Under the pieces are notes generated by a model that saw only the letters and a list, made by a program, of their open reading frames with translations, was not told the DNA's origin and did no database searches. Positions 50,262-60,437 of a stretch of 64,000 bases of DNA are shown one piece after another; positions within the stretch are counted from its first letter, which is position 1, and every line of letters begins with the position of its first letter. Location: the IMG/VR virus record IMGVR_UViG_3300031555_003626, positions 64,001 through 128,000 of that record. One strand, given 5' to 3'. Both the position numbers and the translations under genes were made by a program. This stretch comes from a virus (lineage: Duplodnaviria; Caudoviricetes).

Positions 50262-52652
50262 ATGATAAAGTCTGTATTTGAGATTAATGACTATAGAGAG
50301 GCAAGTAAGTTTCTGCAGGAAAAATATGATGCTCTCGGATACACAAGAGAAGACTATTTTAGAATCACTGAAGACGGCGAGCTTCGTATTTCTGATAAGA
50401 CTGGAAAGCCTACGAAGAATAACAAGGTTGGTCATGGAGCTGACGGTCTTCAGTATCATCACATCTGTGAAGATATAGTTCCTTCTCTTTCTAATCCTGA
50501 TATTGCAGTCACTGCTTCTGCAGAGTATCAGAAAGCAGAGAACATGTGCTATGGTAATCTTCTCGAGCATGCTTGGGAACATCTTCTGATTGCAGAGCAG
50601 AATGTTGATGTAGCAGACAATGATCAAGAAGACCTTACTGGTCCTGGTGGAGTACAGTGGATGCTTCTTGCTATTAACTCTATCATGTGTAATGCTGATA
50701 CTTCTTGGTACAGCAGCAAGAACGAAGATGGTAAGGGTTGTAACTACAACTATAATAATGTAATCACTGATAACCGAGATGCTTGGTTGAAGGTAGTAAA
50801 TCGTTTCTGCACTTCTGCATTTATCAGACAGCGACTCGACAAGACACCTGAAGAACTTCTTGAGATGATTTGTATTCTTCCTAAGAAAGACGGTGCTGAA
50901 GGCGGTCGTCTTGCAGTATACGAAGAGCTTAAGTCCGCAGCTTTGAATACAAAGCTCTTCGATTATAATGTCGGTGCTTTCGCAGATCTCATTACTTACT
51001 TCAGAACTAATCAGTCTGCTTTGGTTTATATCTGTACAGGCGGAGGAAAGACTACTACAGCTCTTGAGTATCTTAGACTCGTGGGTGGTAAAGCTCTGGT
51101 TCTCGGTCCTGGCGATACTATCAAAACGGGTTGGGAAGATGCTCGTAACTGGACAGACCTTGGAGCAAATGCAGATATTCTTAATTACCAGACTTTTATG
51201 AATGACTACAGACTCAGAGACCTTTCGCAGTACAGTGTAATCATCTGTGACGAAGCTCATCATCTTGATGCAGAGAGATGGGGAGAGGGAGTTGTTCATG
51301 CTCTGAAAGAAACTAATATTAAGATCATCGGTCTTACTGCTACTCCTACTTCAAAACAGTTTGACGGAACCGACTCTATCTTCGGCGGTCGAATTTGCTA
51401 CGGTTTGAATCTGGCAGATGGAATTCAGAATGGAAATATTCACCCCTTCGGTTACATCCAGTCTATCTACAGAATGGAAGATGTTAAAGATGACTTTGCT
51501 AAACACGGTGCGGCAGGAATGCTTCTGTGGGAGAGACTTAATCTTCAGGCAAACGAGAATCCGATCGAGAACATTCTTAGAAAGCATATGCCGAATAACC
51601 GTCGTAAGATTATTGTCTTTGTAAGTAACAAAGACGAGATACCTTTTGCTGAAGCTATCATGAAGAAGTATGATCCGAAGTTTGCTTCTTCTGACTACAT
51701 GCGAACCCTGACCTGCAAACTTGCAGACGATGTAAAGGCAGATACTAAAAGATGGTTCGATGATAAAGCCCCTAACGAGAATAGTGACGAGAGGGATTAC
51801 AGTAAAGATACTCATAGTAAGTGTTTGATTACTGTAGCTATGGTAAATGAGGGTGCTCACTACAATGGAATCAATACTCTCATCATGTTCCGTAAAACAA
51901 ATTCTACTCGTCTGTATCTTCAGCAGCTCGGCAGAATAGTTGTTAAGTCTGATAGACCTAATCCCGAAGGTATTGTTTTCGACTTTACCAACAATGCAGA
52001 GAACCTTATCTATAACAGTGACTACAGTACTTACGAAGGTGCAAAGCCTTCGAAGGAACACAGCGAGACCATCAAGAGAATTAAGAAGGCACTTTCTGGT
52101 AAGGAAGTAATCTATCAGGATTATACTGAAGACTGTGTTGCTACTCTTCATGCTCTGAACGAAGCTCGTGACAAAGACAGACAGGCACAGAGAATCTATC
52201 AGATCTTTGAGGATACTGCTACTGAGCTTACTGCTGATGTTCCTAATCTCGAAGACTGGTTCAGTGTCGATCTCTGGGCAGACCTTAAGACTTCCAAGAA
52301 AGCTAACAAGAGTGAAAGACCTACTAAAGCAGGAAGAGCTATGAGTGCTGCAGCGAAGAAGACTATTGATGACATTACTTCCGCGATCGGTACTGAGAAG
52401 TCTACAAAGAAAACTGCCGAGGCAACTATGGTAGAAAGACTTGCCCATGCTTTCCGACTCGGTCTGAGAAGAGCTTTCCAGTGTGAGAGCATTTCATTTG
52501 CAGACGATACTGCTTGTACTTTTAGTATTACAGATAGAGTCTGCTTCGATACGATTTGGGCAGAACTCGGATTTAAGGATATAGTCCTGGTTGAGACTAT
52601 GATTAATAAGTTTGGAAACACTCAGACTTTTCTTCTTGCGACCAGCCTTTAA
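50262..52652 (+). CDS. HNH-like nuclease fused to a DEAH SF2 (restriction-type) helicase
   Basis: YHHICED...NMCYGNLLEHAWEHLL; CTGGGKT, DEAHH, GLTATP, VNEG, YLQQLGR. Confidence 0.8.
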   Translation: MIKSVFEINDYREASKFLQEKYDALGYTREDYFRITEDGELRISDKTGKPTKNNKVGHGADGLQYHHICEDIVPSLSNPDIAVTASAEYQKAENMCYGNLLEHAWEHLLIAEQNVDVADNDQEDLTGPGGVQWMLLAINSIMCNADTSWYSSKNEDGKGCNYNYNNVITDNRDAWLKVVNRFCTSAFIRQRLDKTPEELLEMICILPKKDGAEGGRLAVYEELKSAALNTKLFDYNVGAFADLITYFRTNQSALVYICTGGGKTTTALEYLRLVGGKALVLGPGDTIKTGWEDARNWTDLGANADILNYQTFMNDYRLRDLSQYSVIICDEAHHLDAERWGEGVVHALKETNIKIIGLTATPTSKQFDGTDSIFGGRICYGLNLADGIQNGNIHPFGYIQSIYRMEDVKDDFAKHGAAGMLLWERLNLQANENPIENILRKHMPNNRRKIIVFVSNKDEIPFAEAIMKKYDPKFASSDYMRTLTCKLADDVKADTKRWFDDKAPNENSDERDYSKDTHSKCLITVAMVNEGAHYNGINTLIMFRKTNSTRLYLQQLGRIVVKSDRPNPEGIVFDFTNNAENLIYNSDYSTYEGAKPSKEHSETIKRIKKALSGKEVIYQDYTEDCVATLHALNEARDKDRQAQRIYQIFEDTATELTADVPNLEDWFSVDLWADLKTSKKANKSERPTKAGRAMSAAAKKTIDDITSAIGTEKSTKKTAEATMVERLAHAFRLGLRRAFQCESISFADDTACTFSITDRVCFDTIWAELGFKDIVLVETMINKFGNTQTFLLATSL

Positions 52653-52693
52653 CAACTGTTCATATCGTATTATATATTAAGGAGGATGAAAAG

Positions 52694-53911
52694 ATGTTGA
52701 CTATTAAGAGCAGATTTACTAATTTCTATAACAGACAGGGTTCCGAGGTAAGTGCTGCAGATCTCGATATTCTTAAGCAGCTCATCAGCCCTGACCTGAT
52801 TAACTTCAGAGGTAACATTTCTTACGGCTTTTCTGAAAGTATTGCTAAAGCAATCGTAGCCAGGATTGCTGTACCTAAGACCGCGAAGATTTGTCTGCAG
52901 AATGATACTTCTTTTCATCTTTACCTTGAGCTTCTTAAAGCCGATTTCGATCCTGCGAACATCTATATCGCCGTGGGTAAGTGGCATGTATCCGGAAAGA
53001 CGGTAGTTCCTAGTAAGACTGATTCTACTTATGCTATTCTCAAAAGACATGCTGCCGCAAGCTTTAACGAAGAAATTAATATCATTGAACTAAAGGAAAT
53101 ATTTAATATGAAGTTTGACCTTATTATTGCCAATCCGCCTTATGGAAAGATTGGTGCTATGATTACAGATAAGATTCGTTCTGATGTTTCTTATGCTCAG
53201 TACATTAACCTGCTTCCTGCAAATGATTACAAGAGAGTAAGTAACCTTCATCAGTATGTAAGAAATATGGAGCCCATCCAGAATGGATTTGCAGATGCTG
53301 CAGTTACCACTCACCTTTGTGAAGTTGTTAAAGATGCTAATGAGATGACTGTGGAAGAATTTGAGATCTCCCAGTATATTGACCAGCAGCTTGACCGGTA
53401 TTTTAAAACTTTGCTGGCTAAACGACACTACGCGATTGATAGCGCTTTGTACAAACCGTCTTTCAAAGCTTTTGAAGATGTCGGTGTTTGTAAGTCTATA
53501 TATATCGGTAAACGTGATGCAGCTCATGGACACTTACCTTATGACAAAAATAGTCTTATTACAAGATATAATACTAATAGTATTACAGGCGAAGATGTAA
53601 TCGAGCAGTCTGCAAAGAGCGAGCAGCAGTTTGGTAGAGTTGGTGACTTTTATCTAGTATGCTTTGCTTCTGAAATCGAAAAAACTAATTGTGCAAACTT
53701 CTTATACTCTGCAAATGGTTTTAGATTTATTTCTAAGGTCTTTGTAGCGCTCAATATTGACAGTAGCATCCCAGTTAACAAGTGGTTCCCGAAAGTAGAC
53801 TGGACTCGCGCTTGGACCGTAGAAGAAATCCTTGCTGACTATGGTTACACTGAAACTGAGATAGCTGACGTTATGGCTGATCTTGAAAACTTTAAGGATA
53901 TGGAGAGATAA
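52694..53911 (+). CDS. N6-adenine methyltransferase catalytic/target-recognition half (Eco57I-like)
   Basis: FDLIIANPPY; C-terminal FPKVDWTRAWTVEEIL..YG.TETEI; no DPxxGxG motif I. Confidence 0.75.
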   Translation: MLTIKSRFTNFYNRQGSEVSAADLDILKQLISPDLINFRGNISYGFSESIAKAIVARIAVPKTAKICLQNDTSFHLYLELLKADFDPANIYIAVGKWHVSGKTVVPSKTDSTYAILKRHAAASFNEEINIIELKEIFNMKFDLIIANPPYGKIGAMITDKIRSDVSYAQYINLLPANDYKRVSNLHQYVRNMEPIQNGFADAAVTTHLCEVVKDANEMTVEEFEISQYIDQQLDRYFKTLLAKRHYAIDSALYKPSFKAFEDVGVCKSIYIGKRDAAHGHLPYDKNSLITRYNTNSITGEDVIEQSAKSEQQFGRVGDFYLVCFASEIEKTNCANFLYSANGFRFISKVFVALNIDSSIPVNKWFPKVDWTRAWTVEEILADYGYTETEIADVMADLENFKDMER

Positions 53912-53912
53912 T

Positions 53913-54251
53913 ATGAAAGTAAAGTTTAATACAGAAGTAGTTTGTTTAAATGTAAATTTAGCTATTGCTATTGGTACAAACAGTCGTCCAACCCCACCGA
54001 TAAAAGATGGAGAGCTTACATATTTTGAAGGAGCAGATCCATATGTGTTGTCGAAAGAACTATTTGTAAAAGGTTTAAAAAATCAAGTATTGGAAATTTC
54101 TTCCTATACCTACAATCCTATAGAGCATAATCTAAAGTTTACTTTACACCATAAATTTATACAGAATCAAATTTGTACAGATGAAATCGATATAACTACT
54201 TATGAAGTAGAAAATATATTTGAGCATGATTTTGAAATTATTGAGGTTTAA
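53913..54251 (+). CDS. Hypothetical protein
   Basis: GGAG RBS; more AT-rich than its neighbours. Confidence 0.55.
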   Translation: MKVKFNTEVVCLNVNLAIAIGTNSRPTPPIKDGELTYFEGADPYVLSKELFVKGLKNQVLEISSYTYNPIEHNLKFTLHHKFIQNQICTDEIDITTYEVENIFEHDFEIIEV

Positions 54252-54253
54252 GA

Positions 54254-54712
54254 ATGATTCTATCAAAAGAAGTAAGGCAGAAGATAACTGCAGAGTTTGA
54301 AAGCTTTAAAAAAGAAATGTATGCAGGAAGAACTCAGGAAGAAAGAGATAAGCTTGGACAGTTCTTTACCCCAGCAGCCCTGAGTATCCAGATGATAGAA
54401 AGATTCGAAGTCGATTCTTTAGCAGGTCAGAAGATACTTGATCCTACTGCGGGTTCAGGAAACTTGCTGGCAGCATGTTTAATTGCTGGGGCAGACTCTA
54501 ATAAAGTATTCGGTAATGAGCTAGACAAAACTATGCTGAATGCTTGCCGAAGAAGATTAAACAAGATCTGTAGAGAACTTGGGAAACCTGAGATTCCTTA
54601 TCATCACTTGCATCAAGGAGATGCTACCGATCCAAGATGTCTTACTGTATTTAGTTCGGCTTATGATTGGAAGAAGCCTGAGCCCGGTGATTTATTTAGT
54701 TCATTTTTCTAA
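54254..54712 (+). CDS. N6-adenine methyltransferase SAM-binding half
   Basis: LGQFFTP, ILDPTAGSGNLL, FGNELD, QGDA; ends before any NPPY. Confidence 0.8.
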   Translation: MILSKEVRQKITAEFESFKKEMYAGRTQEERDKLGQFFTPAALSIQMIERFEVDSLAGQKILDPTAGSGNLLAACLIAGADSNKVFGNELDKTMLNACRRRLNKICRELGKPEIPYHHLHQGDATDPRCLTVFSSAYDWKKPEPGDLFSSFF

Positions 54713-54725
54713 GGAGATAAAGTAG

Positions 54726-55283
54726 ATGCTTAAACTTATATATGATCTTAAAGTAGGATACAGAGAGTGTTATCTTACTGTACTTAATGAAGAGTTCGAT
54801 GTGTCCGCGGTATTCCAGCAGGAGCGTGACTCCCTAGTAGAAGAAGGTTTTCTTGTCGATGAACCTGATGAAGTAGAACTCTACACTCAGTATAAAGATA
54901 GTATCCCGGAGCTTCTTGAATTCTTAGAAGATAGTGGTGATCTTGACGGAGAACGTGAAGCAAGTATTCTACACTACACTAAGACTTTCTTTAGTTCAGT
55001 AGCAGAGCCCGGAACATGCTGCGGTATCTGGGAACCTAGTAACTGGAGACTGGTATATGACCCAGATACAAGGTCTTCTATCCGGTATCTTAATGCCCTG
55101 TCTGCGAAAGAAGTATGTGATCTTCTTAAGCTTACTAAGCAGCAGCTTCACTACTACGTAAAGACAGGACAGATTAAGAAGGAGTTTAATCCTGAGAAAT
55201 CAAAGCAGTTTAAATATAATAGAACAGATGTCTATGTTCTTCAGAAGAAGCTTGAGAAGAAATACGACAGATACAATAGGTAA
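54726..55283 (+). CDS. Protein with C-terminal MerR/excisionase-like HTH
   Basis: LSAKEVCDLLKLTKQQLHYYVKTGQI...YNRTDV. Confidence 0.7.
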   Translation: MLKLIYDLKVGYRECYLTVLNEEFDVSAVFQQERDSLVEEGFLVDEPDEVELYTQYKDSIPELLEFLEDSGDLDGEREASILHYTKTFFSSVAEPGTCCGIWEPSNWRLVYDPDTRSSIRYLNALSAKEVCDLLKLTKQQLHYYVKTGQIKKEFNPEKSKQFKYNRTDVYVLQKKLEKKYDRYNR

Positions 55284-55370
55284 CACTTGCAAACCCGGTC
55301 GATTAACGTTGGCCGGGTTTTTAATTTGCTAAATTATGTAGTTAAATAAATTATTCGAGAGGTTTATAAC

Positions 55371-56432
55371 ATGAATGAATTTACTAGATCTAGACTCGTA
55401 GATCTTTTCTGGGAGGGTCTTACGAACTGGGATTGGGAATCTTGGCAGTCAGCTGGAGCAGAAGACAAAGAGACTATAGTAACTGATGCTATAATAGAAC
55501 TTGGAATCGATATAGACATTAATGATGCTTATGATCTTTTCTGGGAATGGGCAGATGGACTTGATGAGAACGCTTTCGGATCTGAGTACTCGGAAAGTCT
55601 ACAGGAAGAAACAATACTAGAAAGCTCCTTAACTGCAGAAGAAAAGGTTGATGCTTGGCATAATGGTACTAGAAGAGAAAACTATAAAGCAGCAGGTGAA
55701 GCTAAGCTAAATACTTACTTAGAGATCGCGAAGAGTAAGGGTTATGATGAGATAGTTGAGATCATAGAGGGAGAACTTAGTAGGCGAGGGATCACAGCGA
55801 CAGCTTCAGCGCCAGTAAGTTCTACTACTTCTACAACTCCAGTAGCAGACACTGCACCTGATCTAACTACCTCTGTTTCTGATACTACAGAAGAACCGGT
55901 ATCATCAGAGGCTCCGGTAGAAGACACGACACCGGCGGTTACTTTAAGTGATAAAGATTTAGATGCTCTCTTAGGTATGGCAATACAGAGGTTTGGTACT
56001 GGTGTACTTTCTGCTTATTCTGTATGGAAGAGTGCTGGCGGTTTTATTGGAAGCTATTCTCTAACTTGGAGAAACAATAATGGTAATCCTATTAAGTCGG
56101 ATAGAGCAATAGATAAAGTAATGGATCTAGCGTATGATCATAATAAGCTTATTGTATTAGTAGATTACTTCCGCGGTGGCTCACATAACATAGATAGATA
56201 CTACTCTATAGATGTACCTTCTTCTACTACTTACATAGTTGACCGCGGTACGATTTATAAGCAAGCCCGCGAAGCTTATTCTTACTATGACTCTGAGCTT
56301 AACTGGAACTTCTACACACTAATAAAGAACAAAGTTAATCAGAAGAAAGTAAAGATATTCCTTTTAGAGAAGGTTCCGGCGCTTACTCCTGAACAAGCTG
56401 AAGAAATTACGACTAAGTTTTTTGAAAGATAA
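55371..56432 (+). CDS. Modular hypothetical protein; candidate internal head protein
   Basis: GCTAAATTA upstream; LQEETILES junction; T/S/P linker. Confidence 0.65.
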   Translation: MNEFTRSRLVDLFWEGLTNWDWESWQSAGAEDKETIVTDAIIELGIDIDINDAYDLFWEWADGLDENAFGSEYSESLQEETILESSLTAEEKVDAWHNGTRRENYKAAGEAKLNTYLEIAKSKGYDEIVEIIEGELSRRGITATASAPVSSTTSTTPVADTAPDLTTSVSDTTEEPVSSEAPVEDTTPAVTLSDKDLDALLGMAIQRFGTGVLSAYSVWKSAGGFIGSYSLTWRNNNGNPIKSDRAIDKVMDLAYDHNKLIVLVDYFRGGSHNIDRYYSIDVPSSTTYIVDRGTIYKQAREAYSYYDSELNWNFYTLIKNKVNQKKVKIFLLEKVPALTPEQAEEITTKFFER

Positions 56433-56578
56433 ATACTGTATTATAAGGTAATCTATTAACGTAGGTTACCTTTTCTATTTGTGAATAAATTGTTAACAAT
56501 TAAGAAAAAGGGTTTACAAAATAAACTTTTTGTGGTATAATATAAATGTAAAAAGAAATACATAAGGAGTACCTTCAG

Positions 56579-59312
56579 ATGGAAAATTTTAATGGTATCG
56601 CTCGAACAGTAGGGGAGCTTAAGGAAATGCTTAGCCAACTTCCTGATGATGCCTCGCTTGAGTTAAAGCATATCTTCGTAGATACTTATGTGGAAGTAAG
56701 TTATGCTCACGAAACCAATACAGTAACCCTGAGATAAGGAGAGAGAGAGCTATGATTAAGATTATTAAAGAAAGAACATTGGAAACTATTCCTGAATATC
56801 ATATCGAGTATACTTATAAGGATGACCCCGAAGCCGGCTTCTGGTTTCCTGCTACTCCTTCTGGAGAACCTGACTTCGAGAACATGGGACCTGAGATGAG
56901 AGCTAACTACGATCGTTGTCAGTCAGATGATAGACTCAATGAACCGGAGTTTAAGGTCTATAAGCATACTTACTCGAACCCTGCAGTAGGAAAGTGTATC
57001 TGTGGTAGAGAGGTTGTTCTTGATACTGGATACGAAGGTGCAGTAAGCTGTGAGTGTGGAAAGTGGTATAACCTCTTCGGTCAGGAACTTAGAGACCCTA
57101 AGTATTGGGAGGAAGATGATGAATAATGATTGGGTATACGAAGCTATCGCTCGTCAGAAGAAATATAATGCTGGTTACGAAGACGGCTATAGAGCAGGTA
57201 AGTGGGTAGCTGCTGCGCTAATCTTTGAAGATATAGATAAGCTACATCTTCATGTATCTAACGAGTATGAAGCGAGAGCTTATGAAGAACTTAAAAAGAA
57301 ATACGGAGTAGAGTAATTATGGATAAAACTCTTAATCAGAGAATATATGAAACCCCTGCAGATGTTAAGAAAGCTATTCATGACTTTGGATATGAAGAAG
57401 GAAAGAAGGCTGCAGCAGAACAAATATTAGCAGACATCTGCAGAATAGGTGGATGTTCCAGAGGAGTGATCTTAAACCCCTGGGACATTACAGAACTTAA
57501 AGAGAAGTATGGAGTAAAGTAATGAAGATTAAATTTAAGACTTTCGAGTCATATGAAAATACAATCGAACGATCCAAGAGTTGTTCTGCCACAGAGTATC
57601 TTAATGAGTGGCTAGAAGAAAACCCTAACGTAGAAATCATTAACTGGGATACCTGTGCTACTAACTCAGACGGAGTTTATATTACTATTCAGTACTATGA
57701 AAGCTGAGGTTTGTTATGGATACTAAGCAGATGTTAAAAGACGGCTTTGTAAAGAAGCAAGTAGTTATCTTAATAGATAAAGATACATACTCTGGTAAGG
57801 AACACTTCGTAGTAGTTGATACCCCAGAGCATGCGAAAGAATATAAGACTTGGGAAACTATGCGACTTGCTACTATGTATGTAAAGGAGAACTAAAGATG
57901 AAACCTTTTGAATTTATGTACGGAGATACTTGGTACAAGTATGAGGACGGATACATCTACAGACAGAACATCTATGGAAACTACGAACAGATGATTCCAG
58001 TAGTAAGGGAACTTAATCAGACTCTAGATAACTTCTCGCTGCCGGATAAGCAGAATATCATGTGTGCTATAGTTCATGGTCATACCTATGGTAAACTCGC
58101 TGGGGCTGCTAATAAAATAAAAGAAATCAAGAGAGTACTTGATATAGATTAAGGAGGAAGATATGTTTGATAGAAACGTAACTATGTCTTTCGAGATCGA
58201 TAAAAGAACTCTGACTCATATCAAAGATATATCTCACTATAATCATAACTATTATCACATTGAGCTCAGCAGCTATGGAGATTATATTCTGTCTGAGAAG
58301 TGTGATATCATCTATGAGGAATGTACTGATGATGATTCCGGTGCTTACTATTCTCTCGGCTGGTTTGAGGGCTCTAAGTTCATAGCAGCTTGGACTTGGT
58401 ATGAGAACGAATGTCTGGATCTGGATATTGAAATTGAGAACTTTAGAAAGGTAGATTAAATATGATCTATAATGAAGAATATATAACAACAGCCTGTAGA
58501 GTAGAGGAGCTTATTGCTGTATTGACTTCTAAGGTGCCGCCACTTGCTACAGTAGATGTTGCGGCCTATGAACATAAGGCAGATGTAGAAGTCTGGTACG
58601 ATAAGGATACTAATACGGTTATATTAAAGTAAGAGGAGTATACCTGATGAAGAACTGCGTAATCATACACGTAATAGAAACTGACTTCCAAGGTCGTAGA
58701 GTCCAGCTTGGAGCTTCACTCAGTAAGGAAGCTGCAGAAAGAAAGTGTGAAGAGCTTAAGGCTAGTAATAGATATCAGCACTTTGAAGTTAGTGAGTATG
58801 CTATTACCGAGGAGTATGAATACTTCGATTGGATTTAAGGAGATCTATCATGAGCTACTGGACTAATAAACTTACAGAGCAAGACTCCCTGATCGGCCGA
58901 CCCTGTTGGTATCAAAAGCCTTACAACACGGATATAGTATTCGGACTCATTAAGGAAGTACAGGTTAGACAGAACTCTAAGGGTAAAGAAGCTATAGCTA
59001 CTCTTGACAATGGTACTACAGCAGTACTACATACCTATGGTTGCCCGGACTTTATCGGTAGAGCAGTATGGGGTTTCTTAACCAGAACAGAGTGTGAAGA
59101 ATACTGGGATATGTAAAAGGAGAATATATATGATTACACCTACTACTGAACTTCTTAAGGAAGCTATCGAAGATGCTGATGAACTAATAGAGTATGTACT
59201 ATCTTCTTCCGGGGATCCTAATCTACCTATGTGGTTAGAGGATCTAAAGCGAAAGATTCATACTGCTTACCGTAGACTTACCAGTCCTGTAAAGCAACAG
59301 GAGGAACGATGA
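56579..59312 (+). CDS. Operon of small hypothetical proteins (56579-56737, 56752-57126, 57116-57316, 57319-57522, 57522-57707, 57716-57895, 57898-58152, 58163-58459, 58462-58632, 58647-58838, 58850-59116, 59130-59312)
   Basis: Sigma-A promoter at 56513-56541, RBSs, tight packing. Confidence 0.65.
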
Positions 59313-59587
59313 ACTACTATCATGGAACATCTATACCTGGGTTGAAAGTAATTCTGCCGCCTATTGAAACCAGAGTACTTAGAGAAGACTTTAGAAAGAA
59401 GTTCATGGACTGCGTATTCGTTACTCCCTCTCGACTGTCGGCTGCTAATTATGCCAAGAAGTGTGCTGACAAGTTTGGTGGTCAACCTATAGTATATGAA
59501 GTCAGACCAGTTAATCCTACAGAAATAAATAGATCCCAGTATGTCTGTGACAGGGCCTTTGTACTAGACAGCCATGAATTAAAATAA
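59309..59587 (+). CDS. Arr-like ADP-ribosyltransferase
   Basis: YYHGT, VFVT, A..YA, G.P.VYEVRP. Confidence 0.65.
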   Translation: MNYYHGTSIPGLKVILPPIETRVLREDFRKKFMDCVFVTPSRLSAANYAKKCADKFGGQPIVYEVRPVNPTEINRSQYVCDRAFVLDSHELK

Positions 59588-59673
59588 AGTTTAAAGAGCT
59601 AACTCTTATTTCCAGGGTTGGCTATTTTTTATTGCTAAATTATCTAGACACAAAACTATGAGAGGTATTACAT

Positions 59674-60414
59674 ATGAACGATATTTTTGAACAATGCGCA
59701 ATAGATGGAGAGCTTACTCCAGAATTGATTAAGTGTAAGCAAGAGCTTGATCAGAGTATGGAAGCAGAGCTTAGCAAGATAGAAGCAGATAAAGGCAATA
59801 AGTGGTTGCCCAAAGAAAAGCATTATGCAGAAATAAGACAGAAGTATGAGGATGCTTGGGAGCAGACACTTACTGATGCTGGTTATGTAGTAAGACCTGT
59901 CTTTGAGTCTATTGAGAAGCCTACCTTCGAGGACTGGTATGAAGAACTTAATAGAATAAATGAATGGGTAGCTGTAAAAGGAAATAAAGTAAGTGCTGGC
60001 TATAGTACTTCGACTGCATCTACTACATCCTCCGCCACTACTAAGAGCAGTACAAAGAAAAGACCCAAAGTAAAAACAATGTTTGGTGTTGTAGAAAGCT
60101 GGGAAGATGAATTTGTTAAGTTAGATAGTCATTTAAGAACAGTGAATCCTTTGCCTGCTCAGGACCATGATAGAAAAATTACTCCTACTTTGCTAAGGAC
60201 TTATTGGGTCGATAAGCAGGGCCTGGAGCGTAGACTGGAAGTAACTACAACAGAAATGAGAAACTTTAAATCCTATGAAAAATGGGATTATGTTCTTTCT
60301 GTAGAGGATAATGGCGAGAAGATTATTTCAAGGGGTTACATAAAAGATTATGAAGCACTACTTGATATTCTTCTTAAGACCGGCGATATTACAGATAAAT
60401 CAAAGTGTATATAA
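59674..60414 (+). CDS. Modular hypothetical protein sharing a domain with 18414..19229
   Basis: INEW plus S/T linker, then DEFVKL...DYEALLDIL; GCTAAATTA upstream. Confidence 0.65.
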   Translation: MNDIFEQCAIDGELTPELIKCKQELDQSMEAELSKIEADKGNKWLPKEKHYAEIRQKYEDAWEQTLTDAGYVVRPVFESIEKPTFEDWYEELNRINEWVAVKGNKVSAGYSTSTASTTSSATTKSSTKKRPKVKTMFGVVESWEDEFVKLDSHLRTVNPLPAQDHDRKITPTLLRTYWVDKQGLERRLEVTTTEMRNFKSYEKWDYVLSVEDNGEKIISRGYIKDYEALLDILLKTGDITDKSKCI

Positions 60415-60437
60415 TTTTTAATAAGGAGTATATAAAT

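Noticed and set aside
31226-53533. Long minus-strand ORFs (e.g. 31226-31909, 33211-34143, 50256-51299, 51351-52448)
   Set aside because: Antisense shadows of well-supported plus-strand genes; no RBS or recognisable motifs
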